Source: Eledone cirrhosa
Lineage: Eukaryota
NCBI GenBank assembly: GCA_964016885.1
Contig: OZ024743.1
Location: forward strand, 323,826,001-323,890,000
Direction: 5' to 3'
Length of the DNA stretch: 64,000 nucleotides
Part shown: in pieces, positions 61,319 through 64,000 of the stretch
Numbering within the stretch: position 1 is the first letter of the stretch
Layout: each line of letters starts with the position of its first letter
Translations under genes and position numbers: made by a program
Notes under the pieces: model-generated
What the model was told of the DNA's origin: nothing
What the model saw: the letters and a program-made list of their open reading frames with translations, nothing else
Database searches by the model: none

Positions 61319-61574
61319 TGACATACTTACACATACGTCATTGTAATCATTCCTTTAGAACCACCCAATAATATTTACAGGAAATAGAATGAAATGGCAT
61401 TAAACGTTTTGTTTCTTGGGGTTCTGTTAACCATTTTGCAGCCTAATTCCTTCAAGAATTCTATATAAAGAAGATAATTATTTTGCCAAATGTGCCAAGG
61501 GTAACATCAAAACAGTTCTAAAGTGAGAACTGCTTCATATGTAAAACTATCAATGTTCTATTTTACATTGAGGT

Positions 61575-62320
61575 CAGTGGATTGGCGGAGTTGTTGGAGT
61601 CAGTCAAATGTTTAGCAGTGTTTCTTCTGCTTATTTACACTCTCAGTTCAAATCTCTTTCATCCTTCCGAGATCAATAAAATAAGTACCAGTTAAATACT
61701 GAGGTCAATATAATTGACTTTCCCCTCTCCCTAAATTATTGGTCTTGTACTAAAATGAGAAAGCATTATTAATTAGTGGTAGTGGATTGGCAGTATCGGT
61801 AGAGGGTCGGATGCCATGCTTTGACATATAGAGTTACGGCCCTTGCCATTCTGAGCTCAAATCCCGTCGAGGTTAACTTTGCCTTTCATCCTTACGGGGT
61901 CGATAAAATAAAGTACCAGTAATGCACTGGGTAATTGCTGGCCTTGTGCCAAAAGTAGAAACAATTATTAATTAGTGGTAGATTGGCAGTATCTGAGTTC
62001 AAAACCCGTCGAGGTTAACTTTGCCTTTCATAATTACGGGGGTTGATAAAATAAAGTACCAAGTGCTAAAAATACAAACTATTAATTAGTGGTAGTACTA
62101 ACACAGTTAAAGATGGACATACATACAATATGTATCACTGTTTAAAATGGACTTATACACAATAAATGCAGCGAATTGGCAGAGTCATAGAACATCAGAT
62201 AGAATGCTTTATGGTATTCTGGCTCTCTGCTCTTTGAGTTCAAATCCTGCTGAGGTCAACTTTACCTTTCATCCCTTCGAGGTCGACAAAAAAAAAAAGT
62301 ACGTCTAGTACTGGGGTCGA
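61575..62320 (+). mobile_element. Head-to-tail cluster of four family-A SINEs
   Basis: Repeated TGGCAG A box, GTTCAAATCC-like B box and CTTTCATCC...GATAAAATAA.GTACC domain. Confidence 0.8.
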
Positions 62321-62546
62321 TTCTTCCTCTATGTCTCTTTCTCGTTTTTCTCTTTCTTGCTTTCTATCTTTCTCTAGAAGAAATCTGCTGTACTCAGGCC
62401 TGGAGAAGGATGTGCTCCGCCAGGTTTGAAGGTGCCCAAGAAACGCTGTATGTCAATGCAGTGTCCCTATGATTCTATTAGAAGTTATGGGACCATACAT
62501 ACATATACAATATGTTAGTGTTATCACTAATATGAACCTATATATG

Positions 62547-62884
62547 GAGGCACATGGCTTAGTGGTTAGAGCATTGGCCTTGCAACCGAAAGATTGTGAG
62601 TTCAATTCTCAGACCAGGTGATGTGTTGTTTCCTTGAGCAAGACACTTTATTTCACATTGCTCCAGTTTACTCAGCTGTAGAAATGAGATGATAGTGACT
62701 GGGGACCATATCATTCCACTGCAAAGTGGTCGTGGAGGTGCCACGGCAAAAAAGCACCCAGCACTCACTGTAAATGAGGTTGGTGTTAGGAAGGGCATCC
62801 AGCTGTAGAAATCAAGCCAAAATCAGTGACCGTCCCACCCTTGCAAGCAGGGAAAAGCGAACGTAAAATGATGATGATGATGAT
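62547..62884 (+). mobile_element. Family-B tRNA-SINE head followed by an RTE-derived 3' region
   Basis: TGGCTTAGTGGTTAG A box, GAGTTCAATTC B box; 62720-62819 matches parts of 45780-45924; (GAT)n tail. Confidence 0.75.
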
Positions 62885-64000
62885 ACAACACATAGTGTTG
62901 CCAATATTTAATGCAGACATATATACAATATGTTATGTTGTCACTTTTAATATATATATATATATACAATATGTAGTGTTGTCACTATTCACTATTTTAT
63001 ATAGATGTGGATACAATATGTTAGTGTTGTCACTATTCAATATTGACCTATATACAATATGTTATGTTGTCACAATATATTATAGGTGTTGTTTGTTTTC
63101 ATTATCCACATTCGGATTATTTCTATTACTAGATCTTTATATTTGGATAATTTCTCCATTTCCTTGGTAGATATATTGTCATCTGTGGGGATTGATACAT
63201 CAATTATACATTTATTTTTCTTTGTAATTTGTTACTATAATATCCAGTTGGTTGGCTTCAATTGCCCTGTCTGTCTGTATAATAAAAATAATAATACCAA
63301 TTATTATTATTATTGAGGGTGGTGTATTGGCAGTATCACTAGAGTGTCGAACAACATGCTTTATAGAAAGTAGTAACGGCCCATTACATTCTGAGTTCAA
63401 ATCCTGCCGAGGTTAGTGTTACCTTTTCTGGCGTCCATTTGATCGACTTTCCCCTTCCCTTCAGATTGCTGGCCTTGAGCCAAAAGTAGAAACAATTATT
63501 ATTGTCACCATAATCATCATTATTATTATTAACCTTACCTGGTGGTAAACAACAATTTAATTATCATTCTTGTTATTGTTCTCTCCCCAATTTCTACATT
63601 TATTACCTCCAATTCATCATCTGTGACAGATGTGACAGACACTTCAATGTAATTAGACTGATGCCAAAGTAAAGACAGATATATTTACTTAGTTATTTTC
63701 TTATTTTCTATAGCACAATACATGACAGCATTCCAGGGAATTATGAAGGAATTCTAAATAAGTATGATGATGATGGTCATTGTGGTAGTGTGATGATGGT
63801 GTTGGTAATTATGAAGTAATACTTCAAAACATAGTATTTCAAATTGTTTTGTTTCCGTTCGTTGTCTTGTCATCTCTTTGTTAATTTTCTCAAGTTTGTA
63901 TGTAGAGAGAGAGAGAGAGAGAGACATACATGCACACACACACTTATGTCAATGTTAGAAACTGGCTCTCTCTTTATTGCTAAAAATTTATAAAATAATT

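Noticed and set aside
62547-62620. Functional tRNA genes here and at other A/B-box sites
   Set aside because: No intact cloverleaf; each runs into a shared SINE body and copies are diverged.

Overview
AT-rich, repeat-saturated animal genomic DNA, not prokaryotic. The mix of (TA)n/(CA)n/(GAT)n microsatellites, RTE LINEs and tRNA-SINEs suggests a coleoid cephalopod such as Octopus (inference only). One host coding exon is well supported: a minus-strand RING-HC exon of TRIM2/3/45/56 type at 11830-12274, bounded by canonical splice sites. The rest looks like long introns or flanks filled with RTE, CR1, R4/Dong and Penelope retroelement remnants, a mariner fragment, Helitron-like elements, TTAA-flanked piggyBac-type MITEs, three SINE families and several tandem arrays. 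Most ORF-track entries are microsatellite artefacts. Main leads: (1) dispersed minimal type-I hammerhead ribozyme motifs with palindromic stem III, one apparently intact at 29257-29303, four of five on the RING gene strand; (2) a strong candidate recursive splice site (polyY-CAG|GTAAGT) at 41334/41335 on the same strand; (3) a 4.1-kb 28-bp satellite whose main variants are CpG-decay products arranged in a gradient; (4) RTE ORFs carrying a PHD finger or three C2H2 fingers. All calls were made by eye without alignments or database searches. Repeat boundaries are approximate.
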